NCBI GenBank assembly: GCA_044440125.1
Contig: JBITAJ010000029.1
Location: 343,318 to 407,317, forward strand
Length of the DNA stretch: 64,000 nucleotides
Direction of reading: 5' to 3'
Origin: Sedimentisphaeraceae bacterium JB056
GTDB lineage: Bacteria > Planctomycetota > Phycisphaerae > Sedimentisphaerales > Sedimentisphaeraceae
Under the pieces are notes generated by a model that did not search any database, was not told the origin of the DNA, and saw only the letters and a program-made list of their open reading frames with translations. This document shows, one piece after another, positions 1 through 10,359 of this stretch (position 1 is its first letter; each line of letters opens with the position of its first letter). Both the position numbers and the translations under genes were made by a program.

Positions 1-1772
1 TTATCAGGTGCTGTTATTGTGACGTATATACTGTCGGCTCCGGCTGGTATTTTGTCGCCTCTGAGCTTGTAACCGGCTTTGGGCCTTTCGCGAAGTCCAA
101 GCAGTATGTCTTCGTTGAATCCATCTTTTTTGATTACGTCTATTTTGACTGCCGCGGTTTGTCCCGGCGGCAGGGCGATGCTTGAGGGAGTCATACGCAA
201 TTCGTAAGTAGGTATTGGATTTGATATTCGCATGCGATAGGCGTATTCTTTACCTGAAGCATTTGTTACATCAAAGATCCTGACTTTGTATATCCCATCC
301 TCGGGAATCGTTGTCATGATATATGGGTCAGCATGATGTGTTTCAAGACCGAAAGCTTTATTCTTATAATCATCATTAAATGCTATGACTTTATCCTCAG
401 AGTCAGTTAGTTCAATTGCTGCATCCAGAGGGCTTTTGAGGTGTCTTGCATTAACTTCGATAACTATTTTCTCGTTTTTCCGGGCTTCGAAAGAAAAAAA
501 GTCAGACTCCCCGTTTATTTCTATCTTTCCGTTTATGATTATCGGCAGATTTACCGCCTGAGGATTTTTAATAGTTGTACCGTTTTTTTCGATGCAGTCC
601 GGCAATTCCTCTACAAGGTATGGTACTTTGTTTGAGAACAGGTTTTCATTGTTGATTTGAAGAAACTTTGTTTTGTTTCTTCCCGAACCCTTCATGTTTA
701 TAGTGGCTTTTTGACTTGGAAGATTCCATCCATCTATTTGGGCATCTATTGTCTTGTTTGTCATAGTTCCAAGCGGGAACATTGAAGTTATAAAAGGCTT
801 CTCTGATACGCTTATTCGATAAACAAAATCTTCGCGGCCTCTGTAGATAGAGTCGTGTATTTGGACTTGATAGATGCCATCTTCCTGTGGTTCAAAAAAT
901 ATGACGGGGTCAGGGTTGAATCTGTAATCATCGCAAAATTTAATCTCGTTCCCTTCTTTGTCCAGAATAGATATTACGGCCTGAAACCATCCGGGTACGG
1001 CATCGGCAAGATATGGTTTCAAACTTCTTGCATGTGCCTCTATAATAAGTTTTTCTCCTTTTTGGGCGATAAAACTGAGGCGGTCAATATCGCCGGGCAT
1101 TATCTGACCATTAAAAACCACGGGTGTTTCTGCCGGTTCGAGATAGCTTTCTTTGTCATTTGGTTCACGTTCATTGCTTTCTGCAATCTTATCTATCTGG
1201 AAATTCAGAGGATTGCTTAATCCGTTGGCTGTCATGAGCCTTATCTGGTATATTCCGGGTTTGATATTGTCTCTTATGTTCAGCTTGACGCTTGTACTCT
1301 CGGCAAGCTGAGGGTCTGGCTTTTTACCGCCGAAAGCCTGTTTTGCTATTTCTCTCAATTCCGTTGAGTTGAGATTTTCAAGGTCTCTGAGCATTGGATG
1401 ATTGAGTTTCGAATCTTTAGGGTAAGAGTCGAATTTTTCTTTAAGCTTTTCCGCCTCTTCAGGACTAAGCGGCTCATTGCCGTTTTGTCTCAATTCTTTT
1501 TGAATTGCCGCAAGTTTCTTTTTGAACATAGTGCGGTCTTCATCCTTTAATGGCCTTAAAGGCGGGATATACTCAATCACAAAAGGCTTTGCTGAGTTAT
1601 CACTTATGTATACGGCTTGAGGTGAACGAAGATTCTGGCCGGCAATAAGAATATCTACTGCCTCGCCGCACTTGCCGCCTGCCGGATATACATAAGACAG
1701 GTGTGGTTCTGCGGCTGCCGCAAGCGTGATAATTAGTATAATACTCAGAATTAAAACTCTTATTTTCTTCAT
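1..1772 (-). CDS. Secreted PPC (pre-peptidase C-terminal)-domain protein of the planctomycete DUF1501/DUF1549 operon; partial, runs off the window start
   Basis: Absent from the ORF track because no stop lies in the window. Manual translation from ATG 1772 gives MKKIRVLILSIILIITLAAAAEPHLSYVYPAGGKCG (signal peptide plus the P-x-x-x-YVYPAGG start), later EREPND, NGQIMPGDID and DSIYRGREDFVYRI. Co-oriented behind DUF1501. Confidence 0.8.
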   Translation of the reverse strand, partial: MKKIRVLILSIILIITLAAAAEPHLSYVYPAGGKCGEAVDILIAGQNLRSPQAVYISDNSAKPFVIEYIPPLRPLKDEDRTMFKKKLAAIQKELRQNGNEPLSPEEAEKLKEKFDSYPKDSKLNHPMLRDLENLNSTELREIAKQAFGGKKPDPQLAESTSVKLNIRDNIKPGIYQIRLMTANGLSNPLNFQIDKIAESNEREPNDKESYLEPAETPVVFNGQIMPGDIDRLSFIAQKGEKLIIEAHARSLKPYLADAVPGWFQAVISILDKEGNEIKFCDDYRFNPDPVIFFEPQEDGIYQVQIHDSIYRGREDFVYRISVSEKPFITSMFPLGTMTNKTIDAQIDGWNLPSQKATINMKGSGRNKTKFLQINNENLFSNKVPYLVEELPDCIEKNGTTIKNPQAVNLPIIINGKIEINGESDFFSFEARKNEKIVIEVNARHLKSPLDAAIELTDSEDKVIAFNDDYKNKAFGLETHHADPYIMTTIPEDGIYKVRIFDVTNASGKEYAYRMRISNPIPTYELRMTPSSIALPPGQTAAVKIDVIKKDGFNEDILLGLRERPKAGYKLRGDKIPAGADSIYVTITAPD

Positions 1773-1789
1773 CTTTCTGACACCGAAAG

Positions 1790-3097
1790 TTACATTATTT
1801 CTGTTAATATTTTTCCTTTTGGAGGCATTACTTTTATATCTTCGCCAAGTGGATTGGGAAGGCTGCCCAACGGGTCTATTCCGCATAGAGTGTAAATGCT
1901 TGCGAGCAGGTCGGAAGGATGAGTAGGCCTGTCTAAAGGCTCCATGCCTTTGTCGTTTGAACTTCCTACAATAGACCCGCCTTTGAATCCTCCACCGGCT
2001 ACCATTGAGCAGAAACAATTTCCAAAATGACTTCTGCCGCCATTCCAGGGCTGCTCCCATAATATTTTTGGTGTTCTTCCGAATTCGCCCGACCACCATA
2101 CTATGGTTGAGTCTAAAAGACCTCTGTCAGAAAGGTCCTGAAGCAGTGCTGCCATTGCTGAATCCATCTCGGGCAGCTTACGGTTCATTATTCCGAAATG
2201 TTGTTTGTGTGTGTCCCATCCTTTATAATTTATGGTTATATATGGTACTCCGATTTCGACAAGCCTTCTCGCGGCAAGGCAGGACTGGCCAAATGTGTTT
2301 CTCCCGTAACGATCTCGAAGCTCATCAGACTCCTGCGAAAGGTCAAATACCTTGCCTTCCTCCCCAAGTATAAGCTCGTAGGCTTGTTCTTCACATTTGT
2401 TGTGCTGCTTGAAAAGCTTGTTGTCTTGTACGTTTTTCTCGAATGTATTCAATGAATGTAGAAGTTCTCTTCTGCTTTCCTGCTGTTTTTCTGTTATTCC
2501 TTCGGCTACGACCCCGGCGACAGTGAATATGTTTTTATTGGGGTCTCCACCTGTAGAGAACGGTTTGTATTTGGGCCCCAGAAATCCTGTTTCAGAGAAT
2601 CTTCCTTGTGGTTCTGTTAATATTACATATGGCGGGATAAGGCTGTTGTAGCCGTTCTTGTAGCCTTTGAACATTGAGACAACAGCTCCAGTGGAAGGGT
2701 ATACAAGCATTCCGGGCTGTCTGCCGGTTTGAGTTATGTATGAAGCAGTTTCGTGCCCGTTGCTGCCGTGTGTCATTGACCGGATTATGGAGTATTTGTC
2801 TGCCATTTTTGCCAATTGCGGCAATTGCTCACATATTCTGATGCCTTTGATATTTGTTTCTATTGGACTTTTGTATGGCCCGGTGTAGTCTTCTCCTGCG
2901 CCTGGTTTTGGATCAAATGTGTCGAGATGAGAAGGTCCGCCCCACATCCATATTTGAATGACCGATTTTGCTTTAGGGACTAATGTCGCTTCTTGTGCAG
3001 CATTAGTCAAACCGGATTTCCCGAAGCTGGGAATGAATGAACAGGCAATGCCTGCTTTAATCATGTCCCGTCTATTAAATTTTATAGAGTTATTCAT
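1790..3097 (-). CDS. DUF1501 domain protein with Tat signal
   Basis: RRDMIK twin-arginine leader; motifs WMWGGPSHLDTFDPKP, RYGRNTFGQSCLAARRLVE, WDTH and GEFGRTP. Confidence 0.92.
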   Translation of the reverse strand: MNNSIKFNRRDMIKAGIACSFIPSFGKSGLTNAAQEATLVPKAKSVIQIWMWGGPSHLDTFDPKPGAGEDYTGPYKSPIETNIKGIRICEQLPQLAKMADKYSIIRSMTHGSNGHETASYITQTGRQPGMLVYPSTGAVVSMFKGYKNGYNSLIPPYVILTEPQGRFSETGFLGPKYKPFSTGGDPNKNIFTVAGVVAEGITEKQQESRRELLHSLNTFEKNVQDNKLFKQHNKCEEQAYELILGEEGKVFDLSQESDELRDRYGRNTFGQSCLAARRLVEIGVPYITINYKGWDTHKQHFGIMNRKLPEMDSAMAALLQDLSDRGLLDSTIVWWSGEFGRTPKILWEQPWNGGRSHFGNCFCSMVAGGGFKGGSIVGSSNDKGMEPLDRPTHPSDLLASIYTLCGIDPLGSLPNPLGEDIKVMPPKGKILTEIM

Positions 3098-3101
3098 GAT
3101 A

Positions 3102-4652
3102 TTAATGCCTATACAAGAATTCTTTCGTGTTTATCAAAGCCCACATGATATCTTCGGCGGCTTTTTTACGCCATAGCTTTTGCTGTTTTATGTAATTAGT
3201 TACAATCGTAAGCTCTTCGTCAGTGGGATAGCGAGCAAGAACAAGTACGTATACTCTTTCGATCATTTGCTTGTTGCTTTTTGTCATCTTGACGATGTTG
3301 GATAGTATTTCACTGTTTTTTACCTGACTATGTATTTCGGTTGAATTGAGAAGGTGAAGAAGCTGCGAATTTGTCGGTGTATCGTTTCTCTCTGACAGCT
3401 TGCCGGTGTCTCGTGATGGTCTGCCAAACATTTCTAAAAACTGACTTGTTATACTTCCATCGGCAAGTTGTGTTGTTTTATGATAGCCGGGGATGAAGGT
3501 ATATGGTTCCGGTACCATGCTTGAATAATCATGTTCCGTCCCGCTTAAATAGCAAATCGCATCACTTAGAGTTTCAGCGTCAAGCCGCCTTATATTATAT
3601 TGAGCGAAAAGTGTTTCTGCTTTCGGGTTGCTGCTCTTGGCTATGGATGATCTCTGCCAGCAATTGCTGTTCAATATCAGGCGGTATATTGCCTTGATGT
3701 TATAGTCATTTTTAACGAGTTCCTGTTCAAGATATGAAAGTAATTTCGGATTGGACGGTTTGTTTTTATCGCAGATATCGTCTGCCGGTTCGATTATCCC
3801 GAGACCATTGAGATTAGCCCATATTCTGTTTACGATGCATCGGTTGAACCATTTGTTGTCGGGTGATGTCAGCCAGTTGCAGAAAACAACTCTTGGATCT
3901 TGCCCTGTCTCGATTGTTATTTTTTTGCCATCGGGGAATATTGCTTCTATAGGATCTTTTATTGTCTGGTCGAAATAAACAATCTCTTCTTTCCATTCTC
4001 CTGTCGGTTTGTATGCTACACGTGAAAAAAACTTATCGATATTTTCCCTGAACTGCTGGGTTTGCTTATCATATCTTATCCCCATGAATGTAAGGCATAC
4101 GGCAGATGCTATGTTCTCAGGCTCTTTCCCCTGAATAGCCCTGTAAAAATTCACTTGTGGAACCCTGAAATTGCTGCCGCTTGATGTCAGAAGCTCTCTT
4201 GCAAACTCATCATAAGGCATGTTGTTTTCTACTGCATTTGTGAGCCAGTGGTGGTAGGCTTGAACAGCGTTGGGCCATAAATTTATAGGAAACTCTGATT
4301 TAACCCTTAATATGTTGCACCAGTACATTGCTGTATAATCAACGAATTCCTGAGAATCGAGGAGTTTGTCTATTAATTTGCTGCGTTTATTTGCATCGGT
4401 GCTTTTCAGGAATTCAGTGCTTTGCTGCCATGTTGGTATCTGGCCTGTTATATCAACATATGCTCTCCTTAGAAAGACTTCATCAGAGCATATTTCGGCC
4501 GGTTCAATGCCTTCCTTTTCAAGTTCTGCAAGCATTAAACTGTCTATTTCTGATGAGATCAACGGTTTTGTGTTTTCAAGAGGAGCGGCATTTGCGAGGA
4601 TGTTTATGCAAATGCTTGCAATGAGTAGAAAAAAATATATTAATTTCATCAT
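3102..4652 (-). CDS. DUF1549/DUF1553 domain protein, secreted
   Basis: Motifs SDEVFLRRAY-D-TG-IP, NMPYDEFARELL, VNRIW, RRLDAE, FGRPSR and C-terminal WALINTKEFLYRH. Confidence 0.9.
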   Translation of the reverse strand: MMKLIYFFLLIASICINILANAAPLENTKPLISSEIDSLMLAELEKEGIEPAEICSDEVFLRRAYVDITGQIPTWQQSTEFLKSTDANKRSKLIDKLLDSQEFVDYTAMYWCNILRVKSEFPINLWPNAVQAYHHWLTNAVENNMPYDEFARELLTSSGSNFRVPQVNFYRAIQGKEPENIASAVCLTFMGIRYDKQTQQFRENIDKFFSRVAYKPTGEWKEEIVYFDQTIKDPIEAIFPDGKKITIETGQDPRVVFCNWLTSPDNKWFNRCIVNRIWANLNGLGIIEPADDICDKNKPSNPKLLSYLEQELVKNDYNIKAIYRLILNSNCWQRSSIAKSSNPKAETLFAQYNIRRLDAETLSDAICYLSGTEHDYSSMVPEPYTFIPGYHKTTQLADGSITSQFLEMFGRPSRDTGKLSERNDTPTNSQLLHLLNSTEIHSQVKNSEILSNIVKMTKSNKQMIERVYVLVLARYPTDEELTIVTNYIKQQKLWRKKAAEDIMWALINTKEFLYRH

Positions 4653-4884
4653 AAAAAGCTCACACTAATTAATGTTTTGAGTTAAATCAACTCTTATTTG
4701 GTCAAATAAAGGGGTTAAAGACCAATATCTTGCTATTTTGCGCAATCGTTTTAGCTCTTAAGACGATTGCAAAATTATTTTATTGCTTATTGTACACATT
4801 AATCATGTTTTTTTATACATTTTTTTGTCCTAATTATGCTCTTACAGTTTGGGATATCGATATTAAATGTCAATAAGTGCTTTC

Positions 4885-4900
4885 TGGTATGAAATTTGCT
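4885..4900 (+). promoter_or_regulatory. Putative sigma54 (-24/-12) promoter of the nifA-like gene
   Basis: TGGTATGAAATTTGCT has exact GG-N10-GC spacing, about 90 bp before ATG 4993. Confidence 0.65.
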
Positions 4901-4992
4901 TTTATCTAAGATGTTAGACGATAATGTTGATTACTGGCTATAAGCCTTCGAAATTGTGTTAAATTAAGTTTTTTATACAAAATTGTACTAAA

Positions 4993-6513
4993 ATGCCAAA
5001 TAAAAGCGATATATTTAAGACTATATTTGATGTTTCAGAGATCTTGCGAGATTCTTTTGGTCATCAGCAGATGATTCAGGATGTGCTTAATAAGCTAACA
5101 GAAGACTTTGGTTTGAGGCGTGCAACTATCATGCTTCTTGATGAGGATGCAGAGAAACTTCTTGTTGAGGCTAATACGGATGAACTCAATCAGGACACTT
5201 CATATAAGCGAGGTGAAGGTATCATCGGTACGGTTCTTCAAAGCGGAAGACCTGCGGTTATCCCTTGTATTGCTGATGAGCCTAAATTTTCCGGCAGGCT
5301 TTACGGCAAAAGGCCGGATGCCGAGCTTGATTTGAGCTTTATTTGTGTTCCTATACAGATCAGTCGTGAAACAATCGGTACTTTTTCTGCTGAGGTCAAG
5401 TGTGGCAGTCTTGCCGATTTAACTGACATTCAGAGACTTTTTGCCATAGTAGCAAGTATGATTGCCAATGATGTTAAGAATAGGCGAATGGCAAGAATCG
5501 AAAGACGCGCGCTGACAGAAGAGAATATAAGGCTTCGCTCTGAACTTGATAAGAATTTCAAACCCGGTAATATGCTTGGCAACTCAAATGCTATGCGTGA
5601 TGTCTATCAGAAGATAACTCAGGCAGCTCCGAGCAATACCACTATATTGATAAGAGGAGAGTCGGGAACGGGTAAGGAATTAGTCGCCTCGGCTATTCAT
5701 TATAACAGTACTCGTTCCGGTAAGCCTTTTGTGAAGATAAATTGTGCTGCTTTGAATGAAAATCTTCTCGAAAGTGAGTTGTTTGGACATGAGAAGGGTG
5801 CTTTCACTGGGGCTACCAATAAACGAATAGGTAAATTTGAAGAGGCCGACGGCGGAACGATTTTTCTTGATGAAATGGGAGAGTTTTCCCATAATGTTCA
5901 GGTTAAGCTTCTTCGCGTTCTTCAGGAACGGGAAATAGAGAGAGTTGGAAGTAATAAGACGCTGAAGGTTGATGTTAGAATTATTGCTGCTACAAACCGT
6001 GATCTTGAACAATCGGTTGAGCGCGGTGATTTCAGACAGGATCTGTATTATCGTATAAATGTATTCCCCGTTTATCTACCTCCTTTGAGAGAGAGACGCG
6101 ATGATATATTGCTTCTTGCCGATCATTTTTCCGAAGCTTGCGCCGAGAAGATGGGTAAAAGTATCCGGCGTATTACTACAAATGCTATAAATATGCTTCT
6201 TGCTTATCATTGGCCTGGTAATATCCGTGAGCTTGAGAATGCTATAGAGCATGCCGTGATCTTGAGCGATGATGGAATTATTCACGGCTATCATCTTCCG
6301 CCTTCACTTCAGGTTCCTTTGACAGGAGTCCAGAAACCTATAGGTACATTAAAGATGAGAGTGAAGATGCTTGAAAAGGATGTTATAATTGACTCATTAA
6401 AAAGGAACAATGGGAAGGTTAATCAATCCTCCAAGGAGCTTGGCATCTCATCTCGAATGTTGAGATATAAGATAGATGATCTCGATATTGACTATAAGAA
6501 GTTTTTTCCGTAA
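4993..6513 (+). CDS. nifA: NifA-like sigma54-dependent activator (GAF, AAA+, HTH)
   Basis: N-terminal GAF (GEGIIG...SFICVPI), Walker [15 protein letters not shown] loop, [12 protein letters not shown] and C-terminal HTH; lies directly upstream of nifH. Confidence 0.85.
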   Translation: MPNKSDIFKTIFDVSEILRDSFGHQQMIQDVLNKLTEDFGLRRATIMLLDEDAEKLLVEANTDELNQDTSYKRGEGIIGTVLQSGRPAVIPCIADEPKFSGRLYGKRPDAELDLSFICVPIQISRETIGTFSAEVKCGSLADLTDIQRLFAIVASMIANDVKNRRMARIERRALTEENIRLRSELDKNFKPGNMLGNSNAMRDVYQKITQAAPSNTTILIRGESGTGKELVASAIHYNSTRSGKPFVKINCAALNENLLESELFGHEKGAFTGATNKRIGKFEEADGGTIFLDEMGEFSHNVQVKLLRVLQEREIERVGSNKTLKVDVRIIAATNRDLEQSVERGDFRQDLYYRINVFPVYLPPLRERRDDILLLADHFSEACAEKMGKSIRRITTNAINMLLAYHWPGNIRELENAIEHAVILSDDGIIHGYHLPPSLQVPLTGVQKPIGTLKMRVKMLEKDVIIDSLKRNNGKVNQSSKELGISSRMLRYKIDDLDIDYKKFFP

Positions 6514-6533
6514 TACTTTCGAACCTGAGATTC

Positions 6534-6574
6534 AAGAGGTGTAGTGAAATTATTTTCATTACACCTCTTTTTTT
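6534..6574 (+). terminator. Intrinsic terminator after nifA
   Basis: AAGAGGTGTAGTGAAA-TTAT-TTTCATTACACCTCTT stem followed by a T-run. Confidence 0.75.
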
Positions 6575-6734
6575 GTGAAAATAATTTCACTAATGCCGTA
6601 AGTTTCGTTGAAAAACGTCTTTATGATATAAATTTTGCGGCATTGAAATCTGATGAGATTTATGGTTGAAATAAGTTAGGCTAAATAGTGAAATAAATTT
6701 CAATTTAGTGTTTTTGAAAAGAATAAAATTTCAC
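6544..6734. promoter_or_regulatory. Four copies of palindrome GTGAAA-W4-TTTCAH (candidate activator enhancer sites)
   Basis: 6544 GTGAAATTATTTTCAT; 6575 GTGAAAATAATTTCAC; 6688 GTGAAATAAATTTCAA; 6719 aaGAAtAAAATTTCAC. Two pairs, each 31 bp apart. Confidence 0.6.
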
Positions 6735-6859
6735 GCTCCAAATCACTCTTTTAAGAATATTATTTTAAATATTCTTATTTCTTTAAGATCTTCATTTACA
6801 GCACTTTATGCTTTGGTTTTTTGCGGTCTATCTTTTTTTTAGACGACGAAAAATTGTTT

Positions 6860-6875
6860 TGGCACGTTCATTGCA
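6860..6875 (+). promoter_or_regulatory. sigma54 promoter of the nifH operon
   Basis: TGGCACGTTCATTGCA matches the TGGCACG-N4-TTGCA consensus, about 70 bp before the nifH ATG. Confidence 0.92.
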
Positions 6876-6920
6876 AATATAAAAGTGTAAAGTTGAAACG
6901 CATATTAATAATTTGAGTAA

Positions 6921-7766
<846 letters not shown>

Positions 7767-7825
7767 TTTAGGCGTTAAGAAATTCGAATTAAACAACAAC
7801 TCACCTTATTGAAAGGATATTTAAG

Positions 7826-8158
7826 ATGATGACAATGGTTAGAGCAATCATACGCCCTGAAAAAGTTGATGAAGTATTAGCAGCCCTTATGTATGCCGGC
7901 TTCCCGGCTGTAACGAAGATGGACGTTTACGGAAGAGGTAAACAGCGAGGTATGAAGGTCGGAGATATAACGTATGACGAACTTCCTAAGGAAATGATCC
8001 TCTTGGTTGTTAAAGAAAGCGATAAAGATTTTGTGCTCAAGACGATTCTCAAATCAGCTAAGACTGGTTCGAAAGGGGCATATGGTGACGGTAAGATATT
8101 TGTGAGCACTGTTGAAGAGGTGTACACCGTCAGTAGCGGACTAAAAGAAACTGAATAA
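7826..8158 (+). CDS. nifI1: nif-linked PII regulator NifI1
   Basis: PII fold (AIIRPEK, GRGKQRG, YDELPK, GDGKIFV) between nifH and nifD. Confidence 0.92.
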   Translation: MMTMVRAIIRPEKVDEVLAALMYAGFPAVTKMDVYGRGKQRGMKVGDITYDELPKEMILLVVKESDKDFVLKTILKSAKTGSKGAYGDGKIFVSTVEEVYTVSSGLKETE

Positions 8159-8171
8159 AGTGGGGTGAAAA

Positions 8172-8558
8172 ATGAAAGAAGTACTTGCTTTTATCAGAAT
8201 GAATAAAATGAATGTTACCAAGAGAGCACTTGCCGATGCGGGAATTTACTCTCTGACCGCGAGAAAAGTAATGGGTCGCGGTAAAGGTATGATTGATTAT
8301 AAACTTCTTCAGGGTGCTGAAGATGGTATTGAAGAAGCCATTAATCAATTAGGTCCTGGTCCTAAGATGATTCCTAAGCGAATGTTGACGATTGTATTGC
8401 CGGATGAAAAAGTTGAGCTTGCTGTCAAGACAATTATCTCTGTGAATAAAACAGGTTCGCCTGGTGATGGTAAAATATTCGTTACTCCCGTAACAGAGAG
8501 TATCAGGGTTCGAACAGGTCAGGAAGGCAATGAAGCATTGAGTGAAATGGATGATTAA
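8172..8558 (+). CDS. nifI2: nif-linked PII regulator NifI2
   Basis: IRMNKMN-TK-AL, GRGKG, long T-loop, PKR, GDGKIFV and RVRTG. Confidence 0.92.
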   Translation: MKEVLAFIRMNKMNVTKRALADAGIYSLTARKVMGRGKGMIDYKLLQGAEDGIEEAINQLGPGPKMIPKRMLTIVLPDEKVELAVKTIISVNKTGSPGDGKIFVTPVTESIRVRTGQEGNEALSEMDD

Positions 8559-8708
8559 ACGGTAAGAGTTTATGCCGACTTTTGTTGTAGTCTGTTTGCG
8601 GTTTGTTTGAAACACAGAGCAGAGAGGTGTTGAACGTTGGCTGGATATCATGCTTAAACACTCGTTCTTAATGCAGAGCTTAAAGAAATAATAATGAAAG
8701 GTCTTAAT

Positions 8709-10337
8709 ATGGCTAAGATAACAGATCCAAATGTATTCAAGGAAAAGATCCTTGAAAAGTATCCCTCGAAGGTAGCCAAAAAAAGAGTTGACCAGATAGT
8801 CGTCAATAAAGTGGATGAGAGCGGAAACGTTCCTGAGGTGAAGGCTAACGTAAGAACAACACCGGGTATAATAACGCAGCGAGGTTGTACATATGCAGGC
8901 TGTAAAGGTGTGGTTCTTGGTCCTACAAGGGATATCATTAATATAACTCATGGTCCGATAGGTTGTGGTTTCTACTCCTGGCTTACAAGGCGTAATCAGA
9001 CAAGGCCAACATCCGACAGTGATGATAATTTTATGACTTATTGTTTTTCCACTGATATGCAGGATGAGCAGATCATCTTCGGTGGAGAGAAAAAACTCAA
9101 AGCGGCGATTCAAGAAGCATATGATATGTTCAAGCCCAAAGCAATAGGTATATTCTCAACCTGTCCGGTAGGTCTGATTGGTGATGATGTTCACAGCGTA
9201 TCAAAAGAGATGAAAGAAAAACTGGGTATCAATATATTCGGTTTCAGTTGTGAAGGTTACCGTGGTGTAAGCCAGTCGGCCGGTCACCATATCGCCAACA
9301 ACCAGCTTTTCAAGCATGTAATTGGAAATGATGATACACCAGATGAAGGTAAATATCGTATCAATCTGCTTGGTGAATACAATATCGGTGGTGATGCGTT
9401 CGTACTTGAAAAAATGTTTGAAGACTGCGGCATAACGCTTACTTCAACATTCAGTGGTAACAGTACGATAGGTGGTTTTGAAAAGGCCCACACGGCTGAT
9501 CTTAACTGCGTAATGTGTCACAGGTCAATCAACTATGTTGCGGATATGATCGAGAAGAAGTTTGGTGTGCCGTGGATAAAGGTTAACTTCATCGGTGCCG
9601 ACAGTACAGCCAAGTCTCTTCGCAAGATCGCAGAATACTTCGAAGATCCAGAGCTTATGGAAAGAGTTGAAGCTGTGATTGCAAAAGAGCTTGAAACTGT
9701 TAGTGAAGTTCGAGAAGAAGTTAAGCAGCGAGTTTCTGGAAAGACAGCGATGCTCTTCGTAGGTGGTAGTCGTGCTCACCATTATCAGGATCTCTTTAAT
9801 GAGATGGGTATGGAAGTAGTTGCTGCGGGTTATGAGTTTGCACACAGAGATGACTATGAAGGCCGTAAAGTACTGCCTAAGATCAAGATTGATGCTGACA
9901 GTCGTAATATTGAAGAGCTTACGGTCGAGGCCGATCCTGAAAGATATAAGCCGCGTAAGAAAACTGAAGAGATTGAAGAGCTTATATCAAAAGGTATGCC
10001 TGTCAAGGATTATGAAGGTATGATGATCCAAATGAAGGATGATACACTCATTATTGACGACATCACTCAGTATGAAACCGAAATGCTTATCGATATCTAT
10101 AAGCCTGATATCCTTTGTGCAGGTATTAAAGAAAAGTACAGTATTCAGAAATCCGGTACTCCTTGTCTGCAGCTTCATAGTTATGACTATGGCGGACCTT
10201 TTGCCGGATTTCAGGGTGCTATCAATTTCTATAAGACAGTTGACAGGATGGTTGGTGCAGAGTTCTGGAAGCATATCCAGGCCCCATGGGCCAAGGTAGG
10301 CAAGCCGGTTCTGGAAGCATCATTCAACGCCGAATAA
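8709..10337 (+). CDS. nifD: Nitrogenase MoFe protein alpha chain (Clostridium-like group II, with insertion)
   Basis: P-cluster cysteines in RGCTYAG, GPIGC and STCP; SQSAGHH; FeMo-co ligands in MCHRS and QLHSYDY; insertion around DDYEGRKVLP. Start placed at ATG 8709 after AAAGG (ORF track gives 8694). Confidence 0.96.
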   Translation: MAKITDPNVFKEKILEKYPSKVAKKRVDQIVVNKVDESGNVPEVKANVRTTPGIITQRGCTYAGCKGVVLGPTRDIINITHGPIGCGFYSWLTRRNQTRPTSDSDDNFMTYCFSTDMQDEQIIFGGEKKLKAAIQEAYDMFKPKAIGIFSTCPVGLIGDDVHSVSKEMKEKLGINIFGFSCEGYRGVSQSAGHHIANNQLFKHVIGNDDTPDEGKYRINLLGEYNIGGDAFVLEKMFEDCGITLTSTFSGNSTIGGFEKAHTADLNCVMCHRSINYVADMIEKKFGVPWIKVNFIGADSTAKSLRKIAEYFEDPELMERVEAVIAKELETVSEVREEVKQRVSGKTAMLFVGGSRAHHYQDLFNEMGMEVVAAGYEFAHRDDYEGRKVLPKIKIDADSRNIEELTVEADPERYKPRKKTEEIEELISKGMPVKDYEGMMIQMKDDTLIIDDITQYETEMLIDIYKPDILCAGIKEKYSIQKSGTPCLQLHSYDYGGPFAGFQGAINFYKTVDRMVGAEFWKHIQAPWAKVGKPVLEASFNAE

Positions 10338-10359
10338 TTGAGAAAAACGGAGACTAAAT

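Noticed and set aside
441..1220. Plus-strand ORFs of 64 and 121 aa
   Set aside because: They are shadows of the minus-strand PPC gene spanning 1-1772.
6544..6734. Rex or CRP/FNR boxes upstream of nifH
   Set aside because: Half-site spacing is 2 bp longer than in those consensus sites in every copy.
8349..9113. 254-aa antisense ORF, and similar long shadow ORFs at 31233-31904, 59854-60618 and 62371-63018
   Set aside because: They lie opposite conserved genes and carry no recognisable motifs.
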